NCBI GenBank assembly: GCA_027491415.1
Contig: JAOZFH010000050.1
Coordinates: 1 to 64,000 of the forward strand
Direction of reading: 5' to 3'
DNA from: Thermoproteota archaeon
Lineage (GTDB): Archaea; Korarchaeota; Korarchaeia; Korarchaeales; Korarchaeaceae
Length of the DNA stretch: 64,000 bases
The translations under genes were made by a program, and so were the position numbers. A model generated the notes under the pieces. That model had not been told where the DNA came from. It worked only from the letters and a program-made list of their open reading frames with translations, and did no database searches. This document shows, piece by piece, positions 27,668 through 37,034 of this stretch. Each line of letters starts with the position of its first letter. Within the stretch, counting starts at the first letter, position 1.

Positions 27668-29050
27668 GTGAAGTGGAGAGTGGGGAGAGGCGCGCTTATC
27701 CTGATCGTCGTCCTGCTCGCAGGCTTGGTCGCCGTGGGAGTTCTTCGCTGGGTGAGGCCGACCAAACTCCGTGGCGGGGGCGGGACCGAGTCCCTCACGC
27801 TAGACCTCAGCGACGCGAGGGATCCCGAAGAGATTTCCTACGAGTTGCTGGCCAACGGGACCATCGAGGTTGAGGGTCGCCAGGTCAGGTACCTCGCCGT
27901 CGAGTTCCCGGGCATCAGGTGGAAGGGTAAGCGGTGGAGTCACCGGGCCTGGATCTTCTACTCGGAGGGGTGCGACTCCGAACTCGGCGCCGTCGTCGCC
28001 GGCGGTCCTGGTCCCGCCGGGTTCAAGCGATTCGCGGTGGAGTTCGGCGCCAGAGCGGTCGCAGAGACCTGCGTCCCCGTTCTGATGCTGTTCGACGTGC
28101 CCAACGGCCAGTTCGGGCTGGAGGAGACTGAACTCATGGCTTTCTCCATGTCCAAGGCACTCGAAACCGGCGACCTGACCTGGCACCTCGTCTATCCCAT
28201 GGCGTTCGCCTACTCACGGGCCATGACACTCGAGAGCCCGCTGGTCCCCTCCCACCCGAGCCGCTTCGTGCTGAGCGGAGGTAGCAAGAGGGGACTCACG
28301 ACTTGGATCGTGGCCGCCTACGACGACCGGGTCGCGGCGATAGCGCCGCGCTCCTACAACGGGGCCAACCTCACCGCCCTGCTGCGGTCCCACTATCAGG
28401 CCTACGGGATGCCGATCGGGTCGCTGGCCGTTATGGAAGCCTACGGCGTCCTGGACCAGGTGAACCGCTCAGCCAACGTGGATGACCTGCTGGAGGTGTA
28501 CGATCCGGTGAAACACTTCGACGAACTCTCGATCCCGATCATGGTGATCTTCGGAACTGCCGACCAGCTGAGTCCACCGGCAGTCGAGTGGACCTACGCC
28601 TCCTACTACCACGGGCCGCTGTGGTTCGAGATCGTCCCCAACGCTACGCACACCGGGCTCCACTCGACCGAGAGGGCGGCGGCAGCCTGGAGGGCCTTCC
28701 TAGCCCACGTCACCGGCGCGGCCGAGCTCCCTGAGGTCAATGTCCACGTCTCTCACTCGACCGGCGGCTCTGCGTGGGTCTTGGCTGAGGTGACCTGCCG
28801 CTGCGAGATCCTGGGGGTCACCGCGTGGACGGCGACCTCTGAGAGCCTCGCCGGGTTGGTGACAGCGGGCTGGAGCCCAATCCGGATGACCCTGGAAGAG
28901 GGTGTCTGGAGGGCGTCGATTCCAGTGACCGAGGCCTACGCTGGCGTGTTCGTGGAGGTGCGGTTCTCCTCGGGTGGGGTCACGGGGTACGCGTCCTCTC
29001 CCCGGTTCGTGATCGTCGAGGGGGCCCGGCGCGGGGCTAGCGAGAGATGA
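27668..29050 (+). CDS. PqaA (PhoPQ-activated pathogenicity) family alpha/beta hydrolase, membrane anchored
   Basis: N-terminal TM, 'W.H', 'VPN', nucleophile motif SGGSKRGLTTW, 'VPNATH'. Confidence 0.8.
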   Translation: MKWRVGRGALILIVVLLAGLVAVGVLRWVRPTKLRGGGGTESLTLDLSDARDPEEISYELLANGTIEVEGRQVRYLAVEFPGIRWKGKRWSHRAWIFYSEGCDSELGAVVAGGPGPAGFKRFAVEFGARAVAETCVPVLMLFDVPNGQFGLEETELMAFSMSKALETGDLTWHLVYPMAFAYSRAMTLESPLVPSHPSRFVLSGGSKRGLTTWIVAAYDDRVAAIAPRSYNGANLTALLRSHYQAYGMPIGSLAVMEAYGVLDQVNRSANVDDLLEVYDPVKHFDELSIPIMVIFGTADQLSPPAVEWTYASYYHGPLWFEIVPNATHTGLHSTERAAAAWRAFLAHVTGAAELPEVNVHVSHSTGGSAWVLAEVTCRCEILGVTAWTATSESLAGLVTAGWSPIRMTLEEGVWRASIPVTEAYAGVFVEVRFSSGGVTGYASSPRFVIVEGARRGASER

Positions 29051-30035
29051 GACGGGAGTAGGGGTCCTCAGCCTCCCGGGGGAATGGCCTCCCCCCTGAA
29101 GGGCCCAGGATCAGCCTCTCCTCTGGCCTCCCGAGGAGCGCGCCCACGACCTCGGCAGAGATGCCTATGACCCCCAGGCACCACACAGCCTCCCTAGCCC
29201 ACTCTGGCCTGACGACCGCCACCAGCAGACCGGAGCTGGAGGCGGCCAGCGGATTGAACCCGTGCTCGTCGGCCAGGGCCAGGAGTTCCGGGGGGATCGG
29301 GAGCTTCTCCTCCTCCACGTAGAATCCCAGCCCGGAGGCGTCCGCCAGGTCGTTCAGGGCCCTCACGAGCCCGCCCTCCGCCCCGTCCTTCATGGCCAAG
29401 GCCAGGCCCCTGCGGGAGAGGAGCATGGCAGAGTCCACGACCGACAGGTCCCTGTAGTAGCCCCTCCATCTCCTGACACCCTCCTCTCCGTAGGCGTCTG
29501 CCAAGACGGAGGGTCTGAAGTGGGCAAGGGAGTACAGAAGTTCGCCTCCGACGGCGCCGGCCAATAATATCTTGTCTCCGGAGGAGGCGTTCGAGGGGAG
29601 CATCAGTCTGTCGACCCTCCCGGCCACCGTCGTCACCGCGACCGGCTCGCTCACGCCTGGATACCAGCCGGTGTGACCGGTCACCACGGAGGCCCCGTAC
29701 AGGCGCGCCTCCTCGTGGATCTGCCGCATGATCTCCACGGCCTCCTCGCCGGGGAACCCCGCAGGGAGGAGGAGGTTGACGGCCACGTACTCGGGCCTTC
29801 CCCCCATGACGGCAACATCCGAGGCCGTAAAGTGGAAGGCCAGTATCCCGAGGTGTTCCCCCGGGACCCCAAGGGCCGGGTCGGTGGCCCAGACGTATAT
29901 TGACCTTGAGCCCGAAACGACCCCCGCGTCCAGGAGCGGGTTGGGTGGAACCTTGACATCCGCCCGCCTAGCGCCGGACAGCCTCGTGATCAGGTTCAGG
30001 AGTTCCCTGCGGGCCTTTCCGGACAACTGGGACAC
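29037..30035 (-). CDS. AIR-synthase-related protein (HypE/ThiL/PurM fold)
   Basis: 'DAGV', 'ATDP', 'SDVAVMG', 'VTGHT', 'MKDGAEGG', 'SSGLL'. Confidence 0.82.
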   Translation of the reverse strand: MSQLSGKARRELLNLITRLSGARRADVKVPPNPLLDAGVVSGSRSIYVWATDPALGVPGEHLGILAFHFTASDVAVMGGRPEYVAVNLLLPAGFPGEEAVEIMRQIHEEARLYGASVVTGHTGWYPGVSEPVAVTTVAGRVDRLMLPSNASSGDKILLAGAVGGELLYSLAHFRPSVLADAYGEEGVRRWRGYYRDLSVVDSAMLLSRRGLALAMKDGAEGGLVRALNDLADASGLGFYVEEEKLPIPPELLALADEHGFNPLAASSSGLLVAVVRPEWAREAVWCLGVIGISAEVVGALLGRPEERLILGPSGGRPFPREAEDPYSRLISR

Positions 30036-30073
30036 CGCTCCCCACCTAGGGTGAGACGGGCGCAGGGCCCGGA

Positions 30074-30391
30074 TCAGCGCCTGTCCCTTTCCGCGGGGCC
30101 TGACCCGATGTACACCGCCTGGATCGCCCCCCTCTCGTCCAGCCGGAAGGATATCTCCCCCCTCTCCCCCATCTCCTCCAGAACGAGTCTCGCGAGATCT
30201 CTAAGCCTCTTCACGTCCTCCAGGACCCTCCTGGAGCCCCTGATCCTCTCCCTCTCCCTCGCCCGAAGGGCCGCCTTGAGGGCCTCTCGGAGGGCCACTC
30301 TGTCCCTTGATGACCTGAGCTCATCCCAGTCAACTAAGGTCAGGGACTCGCCGCCCCCAGGCAAGGTCCTCCGCCTCCTCGAGAAGGTCAA
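30074..30391 (-). CDS. Hypothetical protein downstream of the nucleotidyltransferase pseudogene
   Basis: Helical charged ORF with coding-like composition, overlapping the 3' end of the upstream pseudogene; start uncertain. Confidence 0.4.
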   Translation of the reverse strand: MTFSRRRRTLPGGGESLTLVDWDELRSSRDRVALREALKAALRARERERIRGSRRVLEDVKRLRDLARLVLEEMGERGEISFRLDERGAIQAVYIGSGPAERDRR

Positions 30392-30945
30392 GGACCCCCT
30401 CTTCTTTAGCTCTTCTCCTGAGGAAGTCCAAGTCTATGCGCCCCCTCAGAGCCCTCAGGAGAAGGATGGTCTTGTCTCTATCCATCCCAGAGTTCCAGAA
30501 CTTCCGGCCCGCCAGGGACTTGACGATCAGATCCTCAGGGGCCTCGACGTAGAGCCTCCTCCCTCTGACCACCAGTTCCACGGGCCTCCTCTTCCCCGTG
30601 GGGACCGTCCCGACCAGGTCGATCCCCCCCTCTCAGCGAGGGGACGAAGCCGGGGGACCCAAGTCCTCCCAACCCTGTCGGCGATCGCATCCAAGGACTT
30701 CACCAAGTCGATCCCGCGTACACCTCGACTGAGAAACCTCCAACGAGAATCGCACTGCCAATCCCCCTGGCCTCGAGGCACTCGTTAAGCCACGAGAAGA
30801 AGATGAGGACCCTGGTTGTCGGATCGGGCTCGCAAGCAAGCTCCCGCAAGACCTCTCCCTCGAATACCCCCACCATCTCGTCTACATGCTCCTTCCGGTT
30901 CAAGCCCATCACCACGCTCAGAGAGGCTGCGCGCTGCGCTGACAC
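30330..30945 (-). pseudogene. DUF6036/AbiEii-like nucleotidyltransferase, frameshifted
   Basis: 'ILVGGFSVEVYAG' then a stop; 'IDLV' in another frame; 'VEAPEDLIV..KFWNS..D...IDLDFLRRRAKEEGV' in a third. Confidence 0.6.
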
Positions 30946-31030
30946 CCGCTCCCATTAAACCCGTCACCCATGCAGAGAGCTGGGGGTCGAACGCGAAAGC
31001 ATAAGTGCTAAGACCGATGAACTTAGGCCA

Positions 31031-32965
31031 GTGGAAGCACGGCCTTCGGTCGCTGCGTCAGCCATCTTCTTGGCGCTGGTGCTCTGGTCTCCCTTGGGAT
31101 TTGAACGCGGCTCCAGCTGGTTGACCGCCACGAGGAGGCTCTCACCAACGCCTGGTATCCCGCAGGCGGAGGACCTCCCCCTAATCTGGCCCACGCCGAG
31201 AGGTTCGTGGGGTCCAACTGAAGTGACCTCCCTCGACCTGGGGCCCGGACGAATTCCACTCTCGATGGAGGGCCCAGGTACCCGCGCGCCAAGGCCAAAC
31301 GCCAGGATCAGCCTCTACTTCATGGGACCGCCCACCGAGGACAAGCTAAGCCTAGCCAAGATGGCAGATATAGTAGAGGCCGCAGAACTCTCACCGGGGG
31401 TTAGATCAGAGCTCATCGACGCCGGGGCGCGGCTGATGTTGTACGACTGGATATTCGCCACGTACGAGTGGGATGCGGGCGGGTACAGGCGAGAAGACTT
31501 CCTCGTCAGCTTCGACGGTCCCTACGGGAGGGCGTTGGCCTACGACTATGGGAGCGAGGAGCTCCGAAGGGAGAGGATCGTCAGGCTGCTGGACGAGATT
31601 TCCGATGGGGGGTACTCTGCAATCTTCTTCGACTGGTTCCCCGTGGCGTGCTCGGAGGACTGGGCGTCTGAGGTGCCGGGGTACCTCGAGGAGTTCAGGG
31701 AGAGACACCCCAACCTCACGCTATGGGAGGCGCTCAGGGAGTTCCTGGTGGGCCTGAGAGAGGAGGCCGAGGCGAGGGGGATCGACCTTGTGATCGTGTC
31801 CAACCAAGCCTACAGGTGCGGAGCTGAGCCGCTGAGGTACGTGGACTGGGACATCAGCGAGTCGTACTTCTCCGACGTCGTCCAGGGGTACACGGTGCTC
31901 TTTCCGTGGGATGCGGACTCGTGGGAGAGCCCGGCTATGTACGTCCCCGAACTCGTCGTCCAACCCTACGAGGAGGCCCGGAGACGCAACCCTAGGCTGG
32001 GGTTCTTTCACCTCAGCTACGCCCTTCCCGACAGGGGAGGCAGGGAGGCGGCCTTCTACTCCTTTGCTGGGGCCAGGGTGTTCGGCCACGACGGGGCGGC
32101 CTACTCCCCGTCCGAGGTGTGGGGAGAAGTCCAACTCGAGGACCTGCCGAACCTCTACTGGCTCGGGTGCTGGAGGGGATCTGCCTTCGGGGATCGCTGG
32201 GCCATAGGCGTCTACGACGCCGGATTGGTCGCCGTGGGGCAGGCCCCGGCCGCGGTACCCGAAGGCTTGGTGGGGGCTTGGGCGCTCGACCTGTACGACG
32301 GAGTCCTCTTGGAGCTGCCCAGTACGCTGGACTTTGGCAGGGATCCCTGGGGGAGGGTGTTCCTCCTCATGGCGGAGGAGGGCGCAGAGGTCCGCTGCAC
32401 GTCGTGGGAACTCGAGGTCCCCGTGTATGGGAAAGTCGCGCGGGCGGCGATTGAGACCATAGCCGCGGCTGGGGACTGCGAAGTGAGGATCTACGCCCTG
32501 AGCCGGCAGGGCGCACTCGAGCTGTGGTCTGAGTGGCGGGAACCAGGGATCGAGGTGGCGATCCTGTCGAACGACATAGACTGGAACCTGACCGGGACTC
32601 GGCTGGCCGACGAGATTCGTCAAATGGGCGTCGAGGTCCGCAGGGCCCGGCTGGACCAGGAGGGGTTGAGGCTGGCCATGCTAGACAGCAAGGTGCTCAT
32701 CCTGCTGGGCGGGCCCGAGAGCCCCCACCTCGGGGACCTGCTCCGCCCGCTCACCCGCGCGCTGGGCGGGCCGGGGATTTACGATCTCGGCCCCGGGAGG
32801 GTGCTGATATGGCTGTGGGGGGAGGATCGGTTTTCGACGAGGAAGTACGCGCTCGATAACTTGGACGTCGTCCTGGAGACCGTGGCCGACCTGATCTCCC
32901 CGATACCACGCTGCCACCAGATGGACGGGCTCACCTACGCCCCTCTGACCGGGTCCGACGGGTGA
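31031..32965 (+). CDS. Secreted putative TIM-barrel glycoside hydrolase with C-terminal S-layer-like domain
   Basis: Signal-like N-terminus; 'GYSAIFFD', 'IVSNQAY', 'ISESYF'; C-terminal 'SNDID', 'ILLGGPESP', 'GEDRFST'. Confidence 0.55.
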   Translation: MEARPSVAASAIFLALVLWSPLGFERGSSWLTATRRLSPTPGIPQAEDLPLIWPTPRGSWGPTEVTSLDLGPGRIPLSMEGPGTRAPRPNARISLYFMGPPTEDKLSLAKMADIVEAAELSPGVRSELIDAGARLMLYDWIFATYEWDAGGYRREDFLVSFDGPYGRALAYDYGSEELRRERIVRLLDEISDGGYSAIFFDWFPVACSEDWASEVPGYLEEFRERHPNLTLWEALREFLVGLREEAEARGIDLVIVSNQAYRCGAEPLRYVDWDISESYFSDVVQGYTVLFPWDADSWESPAMYVPELVVQPYEEARRRNPRLGFFHLSYALPDRGGREAAFYSFAGARVFGHDGAAYSPSEVWGEVQLEDLPNLYWLGCWRGSAFGDRWAIGVYDAGLVAVGQAPAAVPEGLVGAWALDLYDGVLLELPSTLDFGRDPWGRVFLLMAEEGAEVRCTSWELEVPVYGKVARAAIETIAAAGDCEVRIYALSRQGALELWSEWREPGIEVAILSNDIDWNLTGTRLADEIRQMGVEVRRARLDQEGLRLAMLDSKVLILLGGPESPHLGDLLRPLTRALGGPGIYDLGPGRVLIWLWGEDRFSTRKYALDNLDVVLETVADLISPIPRCHQMDGLTYAPLTGSDG

Positions 32966-33125
32966 AATCCGGGGCCCCTGGCTCTCCTCACAGGGCGTCA
33001 ACCTCTCGAGAGCGATCTACGTCCGCCGGGAGCCGTGCGCGTCAAGTCCAACGGGAAGACGACGAAGGGGCGTCCCTGGAGACTTCAGTAAGTGATTTAT
33101 ACTGCCCGGGGTTTCTCGCCCCCCG

Positions 33126-33229
33126 GCGGGCACCGGGGGAGCTGGGGCAACCCGGCTGAGAGGGCGGCTAGCGCGCCGCCGACCCCTGGAACCTGATCCG
33201 GGTAATGCCGGCGTAGGGAGCGTGCCCGC
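33126..33229 (+). ncRNA. TPP (thi-box) riboswitch
   Basis: P1 GCGGGCAC/GTGCCCGC, GGGGAGC...GCTGAGA, ACCC..GAACCTGATCCGGGTAATGCCGGCGTAGGGA. TTTATA box at 33096-33101; directly upstream of thiB. Confidence 0.95.
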
Positions 33230-33287
33230 GGCACCTCCTTATGCCGACTCCCGCGGCCCCTCCGGTGTCTGCCGGGAGGGGTGTGGT

Positions 33288-34397
33288 GTGAAGTGGACTG
33301 CCGGCCGGATCCTGGCCCTAGCCCTTGCGGCGGTGGTGGTGCTAGCCGCAGCGTACGTGGCCCTGCAGAGGACCGGCGAGGCTCGGGCCGAGAGGAGGCT
33401 GGTCATCTACACCTACGAGAGCCTGCTCAAGTGGGGGGACGATCCCAACGCGACGCTCGACGCGGTCTACGGCGAGTTCGAGCGCAGGTACAACTGCGAG
33501 GTCGTGGTCAGGGAGTTCGACGACGCTAGGTCCGCGCTGCTGGCCCTGATCCAGGAGAAGGACAACCCGCAGGCGGACGTGATCATAGGGATTGACAACG
33601 TGCTCGTGCACGAGGCCGTCGATGCCGGGGTGCTCGAGCCCTACACCCCGAGCAACCTCGACGAGATCTACGACTGGCTGGTCAGCTCCCTAGATCCGAC
33701 GCACCACGTCGTGCCCTACGACTACGGCCTCATAGCACTGGTGTACGACAGTCAGCGCATCGCAGAAGAGGAGATGTCCAGCCTCACGTTTGACGACCTG
33801 GCCAGGCCGGAGTACGCCTCCAAGATAGTTGCGGAGGATCCGACCGTGAGCAGCACCGGTCTCGGCTTCCTGCTCTGGCAGATCGCCTACTACAAGATGA
33901 CCGGCGGAGACTGGAGGAGCTGGTGGACTCGGGCGATCGACAACGGCATGCTGGTCGCGGGGAGCTGGGGGGACGCCTACGACGTCTTCCTGGATGAGGC
34001 TCAGGGCAGGCCGATCGTGGTGAGCTACGGGACCGACGGGGCGTACTCCTACCACTTCTACCAGGAAACCAGATACAGGGCGACGCTGGTGACCTACAAC
34101 GGTAAGGAGTGGGGCTGGCTCCAGATAGAGGGCATAGGCCTAGTCAAGGGGGCCCCGCACAGGGAGCTGGCGGAGGAGTTCATCGAGTATTTCCTCAGCC
34201 CCGAGGTGCAGAGGCTCATACCGCTGAACAACTGGATGTACCCGGCCAACGAGAACGTCCAGCTTCCCCCAGAGTACGAGCGGTACGCCATCGATCCCAC
34301 GAAGATCAGGCTTATGAACGAGGTCCTTTCCACGGACGAGATCGCGGCCAACCTCAGGCGTTGGCTAGACGAGTGGAGGAGGGCCGTGGGGTCCTAA
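33288..34397 (+). CDS. thiB: Thiamine ABC transporter substrate-binding protein
   Basis: 'IYTYESL', 'ADVIIGIDN', 'PYDYG', 'SSTGLGFL', 'VVSYGT', 'IPLNNWMYP'. Start GTG 33288 after GGAGG. Confidence 0.92.
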   Translation: MKWTAGRILALALAAVVVLAAAYVALQRTGEARAERRLVIYTYESLLKWGDDPNATLDAVYGEFERRYNCEVVVREFDDARSALLALIQEKDNPQADVIIGIDNVLVHEAVDAGVLEPYTPSNLDEIYDWLVSSLDPTHHVVPYDYGLIALVYDSQRIAEEEMSSLTFDDLARPEYASKIVAEDPTVSSTGLGFLLWQIAYYKMTGGDWRSWWTRAIDNGMLVAGSWGDAYDVFLDEAQGRPIVVSYGTDGAYSYHFYQETRYRATLVTYNGKEWGWLQIEGIGLVKGAPHRELAEEFIEYFLSPEVQRLIPLNNWMYPANENVQLPPEYERYAIDPTKIRLMNEVLSTDEIAANLRRWLDEWRRAVGS

Positions 34398-34421
34398 CCC
34401 TAGTAAGGTCGAGGAGAGGCG

Positions 34422-36002
34422 GTGCGGGTGTTCCTTAAGGGCGGACGGCTAGGGCGGGACGTGGAACACTGGGCTCCCGCCCTCCTAGCCGCCGCCCTCC
34501 TCTTTTCTCTCTGGGCTTCATCGGCCGGGGCGCTGCTCGTTGAGGGGGTTCGAGGCATCGTCGACGCCGCCAGAGACCCGGTAGTCTCTAGGGCCCTGAG
34601 GTTCTCCACCTTACAGGCCTTGGCCAGCGCCGGGGCCGCCGTGCTGCTCGCCCTGCCGCTGGCCTACCTCAACTCCACGTACGACTACCCCGGCAGGAGC
34701 CTGGTGGAGACACTCGTGGCGCTTCCGTTTACCCTTCCGACCGTGTCGGTGGCACTAGCCTTCCTGCTACTCGTTAGGGCCGGCCTAGTTCCGCAGGGCT
34801 GGATCGCGATAGTCTTGGCGCACGCCTACTTCAACTTCGGGGTCTGCGCCCAAATGATCTCCGCATCCCTAGGATCCGTTGGACCGAGCATCGAGGAGGC
34901 GGCCGAGACCCTTGGAGCGGGGCCGCTCGCGAGGTTCTTCAGGGTCACACTCCCACTCGCGCTGAGGGGGATCGCGGCCGGCTTCTCTCTCACGTTCTCC
35001 CTGAGCTTCACCAGCTTCGCTATACCCCTACTCCTGGGGGGACCACGGTACAGGACCCTCGAGGTGGAGATCTACTCCCTGTACAAGGTGTTCCTCGACG
35101 CCGACCGGGCCTCCGCCGCGGCGCTGATTCAGCTGGCCGCCACGATGGGTGTTGCGTGGGCATCCCTGAGGTGGTCCCCCGTGGGGGTTTCGGGGGAGGT
35201 CAGGAGGAGGAGGCCCCTGGTGGGATCCCAGGCGGCCCTCGCCGCGGTCTATGGATACGCCTCAGCCGCTCTATCGATCTACCCCGTCGCCTACCTGTTC
35301 GTGCGATCGCTCTTCGACCCGCTGACCGACAGGTTCAATCCCACCGTCTACGCGAGGATCCTCTCGACCGCCTACGACGCCTCCCTAGGGACTGAACCAT
35401 TCCGAGGGCTCCTCAACAGCGCCTTCTTCGCCGCCACGACGGCCGTGGTCACCCTCTCCCTCGCCGCGCTGGTCGCCTCGGCTCCGCCCAAGGCCAGGTC
35501 TCTGGCCCTAGGGGTCTCATCTCTACCCCTTGGTACCTCATCCATTACGGCTGCCCTGGGGCTCTACGCCCTCGGCCTCAGGCTCAGGGCCCCCGGCTGG
35601 TCCCTCATAGCGGCGAGCCACATCATGATAGCGGCGCCCTTCGCCATGAGGGCCGTGGAGTCGGGCGTGTCAGGCCTGTCTGAGAGCCTGGTGGACGCCG
35701 CCGAGACGCTGGGCCTCAGCAGGCTGGACGCCACCTTCAGGGTGCTCCTGCCGGCGGCCGCTCCCGCGGTGCTCTCTGGCGCCTTCTATTCCCTGGCCCT
35801 CTCGCTGTCTGAGACGGCGGCCAGCGCGCTCCTGGCCTCCCCGGCGACGCAGACCATGACCGTGGTGGCCCTCAGGTACGCGGGGGTGAGGAGGTTCCAG
35901 GAGGCCGCGGCGGTCTCGTCCCTCGTGGCCCTGCTGACGTGGGGGGCGCTGTGGGCAAAGCAAATCGCGGAGGGGAGAATGGGGTGGTTGAGGTCGAGCT
36001 GA
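34422..36002 (+). CDS. thiP: Thiamine ABC transporter permease (duplicated TMD)
   Basis: 'STLQA', 'LPFTLPT', 'AHAYFN', two EAA loops, 'TLEVEIY'. Confidence 0.9.
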   Translation: MRVFLKGGRLGRDVEHWAPALLAAALLFSLWASSAGALLVEGVRGIVDAARDPVVSRALRFSTLQALASAGAAVLLALPLAYLNSTYDYPGRSLVETLVALPFTLPTVSVALAFLLLVRAGLVPQGWIAIVLAHAYFNFGVCAQMISASLGSVGPSIEEAAETLGAGPLARFFRVTLPLALRGIAAGFSLTFSLSFTSFAIPLLLGGPRYRTLEVEIYSLYKVFLDADRASAAALIQLAATMGVAWASLRWSPVGVSGEVRRRRPLVGSQAALAAVYGYASAALSIYPVAYLFVRSLFDPLTDRFNPTVYARILSTAYDASLGTEPFRGLLNSAFFAATTAVVTLSLAALVASAPPKARSLALGVSSLPLGTSSITAALGLYALGLRLRAPGWSLIAASHIMIAAPFAMRAVESGVSGLSESLVDAAETLGLSRLDATFRVLLPAAAPAVLSGAFYSLALSLSETAASALLASPATQTMTVVALRYAGVRRFQEAAAVSSLVALLTWGALWAKQIAEGRMGWLRSS

Positions 36003-36985
36003 GGTCCGTGAGCAAGAGGTTCGGAGACGTGGTTGCGCTGGAATCCGTGACGCTCAGGGCTCCGGAGGGCACCATCACCGCCGTGCTGGGCCCGAGCGGG
36101 TGTGGGAAGACCACGATGCTGAGGGTGGTCGCTGGCCTGGAGAGGCCGGACTCCGGCAGGGTGTTGTTCGGCGGAGTCGACGTCACCGAGGTGCCCCCAA
36201 GGGAGAGAAACGTCGGTATGGTCTTTCAGGACCTCGCGCTGTTCCCGCACATGACCGTCCTAGACAACGTGGCCTTCGGGCTCGTGGCGAGGGGGGTTGG
36301 GGGGGTCGAGGCCAGGCGCCGGGCCAGGGAGTACCTGAGGCTCCTCAGGCTCGAGGGCCTCGAGTCGAGGTATCCTCACCAGCTCTCTGGAGGTCAGAGG
36401 CAGAGGGTGGCCATAGCGAGGGCGCTCGCCCCGGAGCCAAGGGTGCTCCTCCTGGACGAGCCCTTCGGGGCGCTCGACGCCAGGCTCAGGGAGGATCTCC
36501 TCTGGGAGATCAGGAGGCTCCACGCCGAGAGGGGCTTCACGGCCATCCACGTGACCCACGACCAGGCGGAGGCGCTGGCCATCGCCGACAGGCTGGCGGT
36601 GATGAGGGCCGGCAGGATCTTGAGGGAGGGGCCGGCCGGCGAGGTGGTGGACGATCCTCGGAGCGAGTTCGTCGCCAGGTTCCTCGGTGCAAACGTGCTC
36701 AGGCTGGAGCGGAGGGGCGGCAGTAGATACGGGCTTGGGGATTACGAGGTCGAGCTGGAGTGGACTGGGGAGGCGGTCTCCGTGGCCTTCTACCCCGAGG
36801 AGGTTGAGCAGACGCCCGCCGGAATTGCCGCCACGATAATCGCGGTGTCCCGCTCCAGATCCGCCTACAGGGTGAAGGGAAGGGTGGGGGATGAAGAAGT
36901 CGAGCTTGTGTTGGAAGACCCGCCGACTGGGTCGACGGTAACCTTCAGGCCGACTGAGCTGAGGATCCTGCGTACGAAGGCGTGA
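35984..36985 (+). CDS. thiQ: Thiamine ABC transporter ATPase
   Basis: GPSGCGKT, LSGGQRQR, LLLDEP, VTHD. Start re-set to GTG 35984. Confidence 0.9.
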   Translation: MVEVELRSVSKRFGDVVALESVTLRAPEGTITAVLGPSGCGKTTMLRVVAGLERPDSGRVLFGGVDVTEVPPRERNVGMVFQDLALFPHMTVLDNVAFGLVARGVGGVEARRRAREYLRLLRLEGLESRYPHQLSGGQRQRVAIARALAPEPRVLLLDEPFGALDARLREDLLWEIRRLHAERGFTAIHVTHDQAEALAIADRLAVMRAGRILREGPAGEVVDDPRSEFVARFLGANVLRLERRGGSRYGLGDYEVELEWTGEAVSVAFYPEEVEQTPAGIAATIIAVSRSRSAYRVKGRVGDEEVELVLEDPPTGSTVTFRPTELRILRTKA

Positions 36986-37034
36986 CGGAAAGCCGGACTG
37001 AGGGGGCCTGCAGCGGCGCGCCCTGAGCCCCCTG

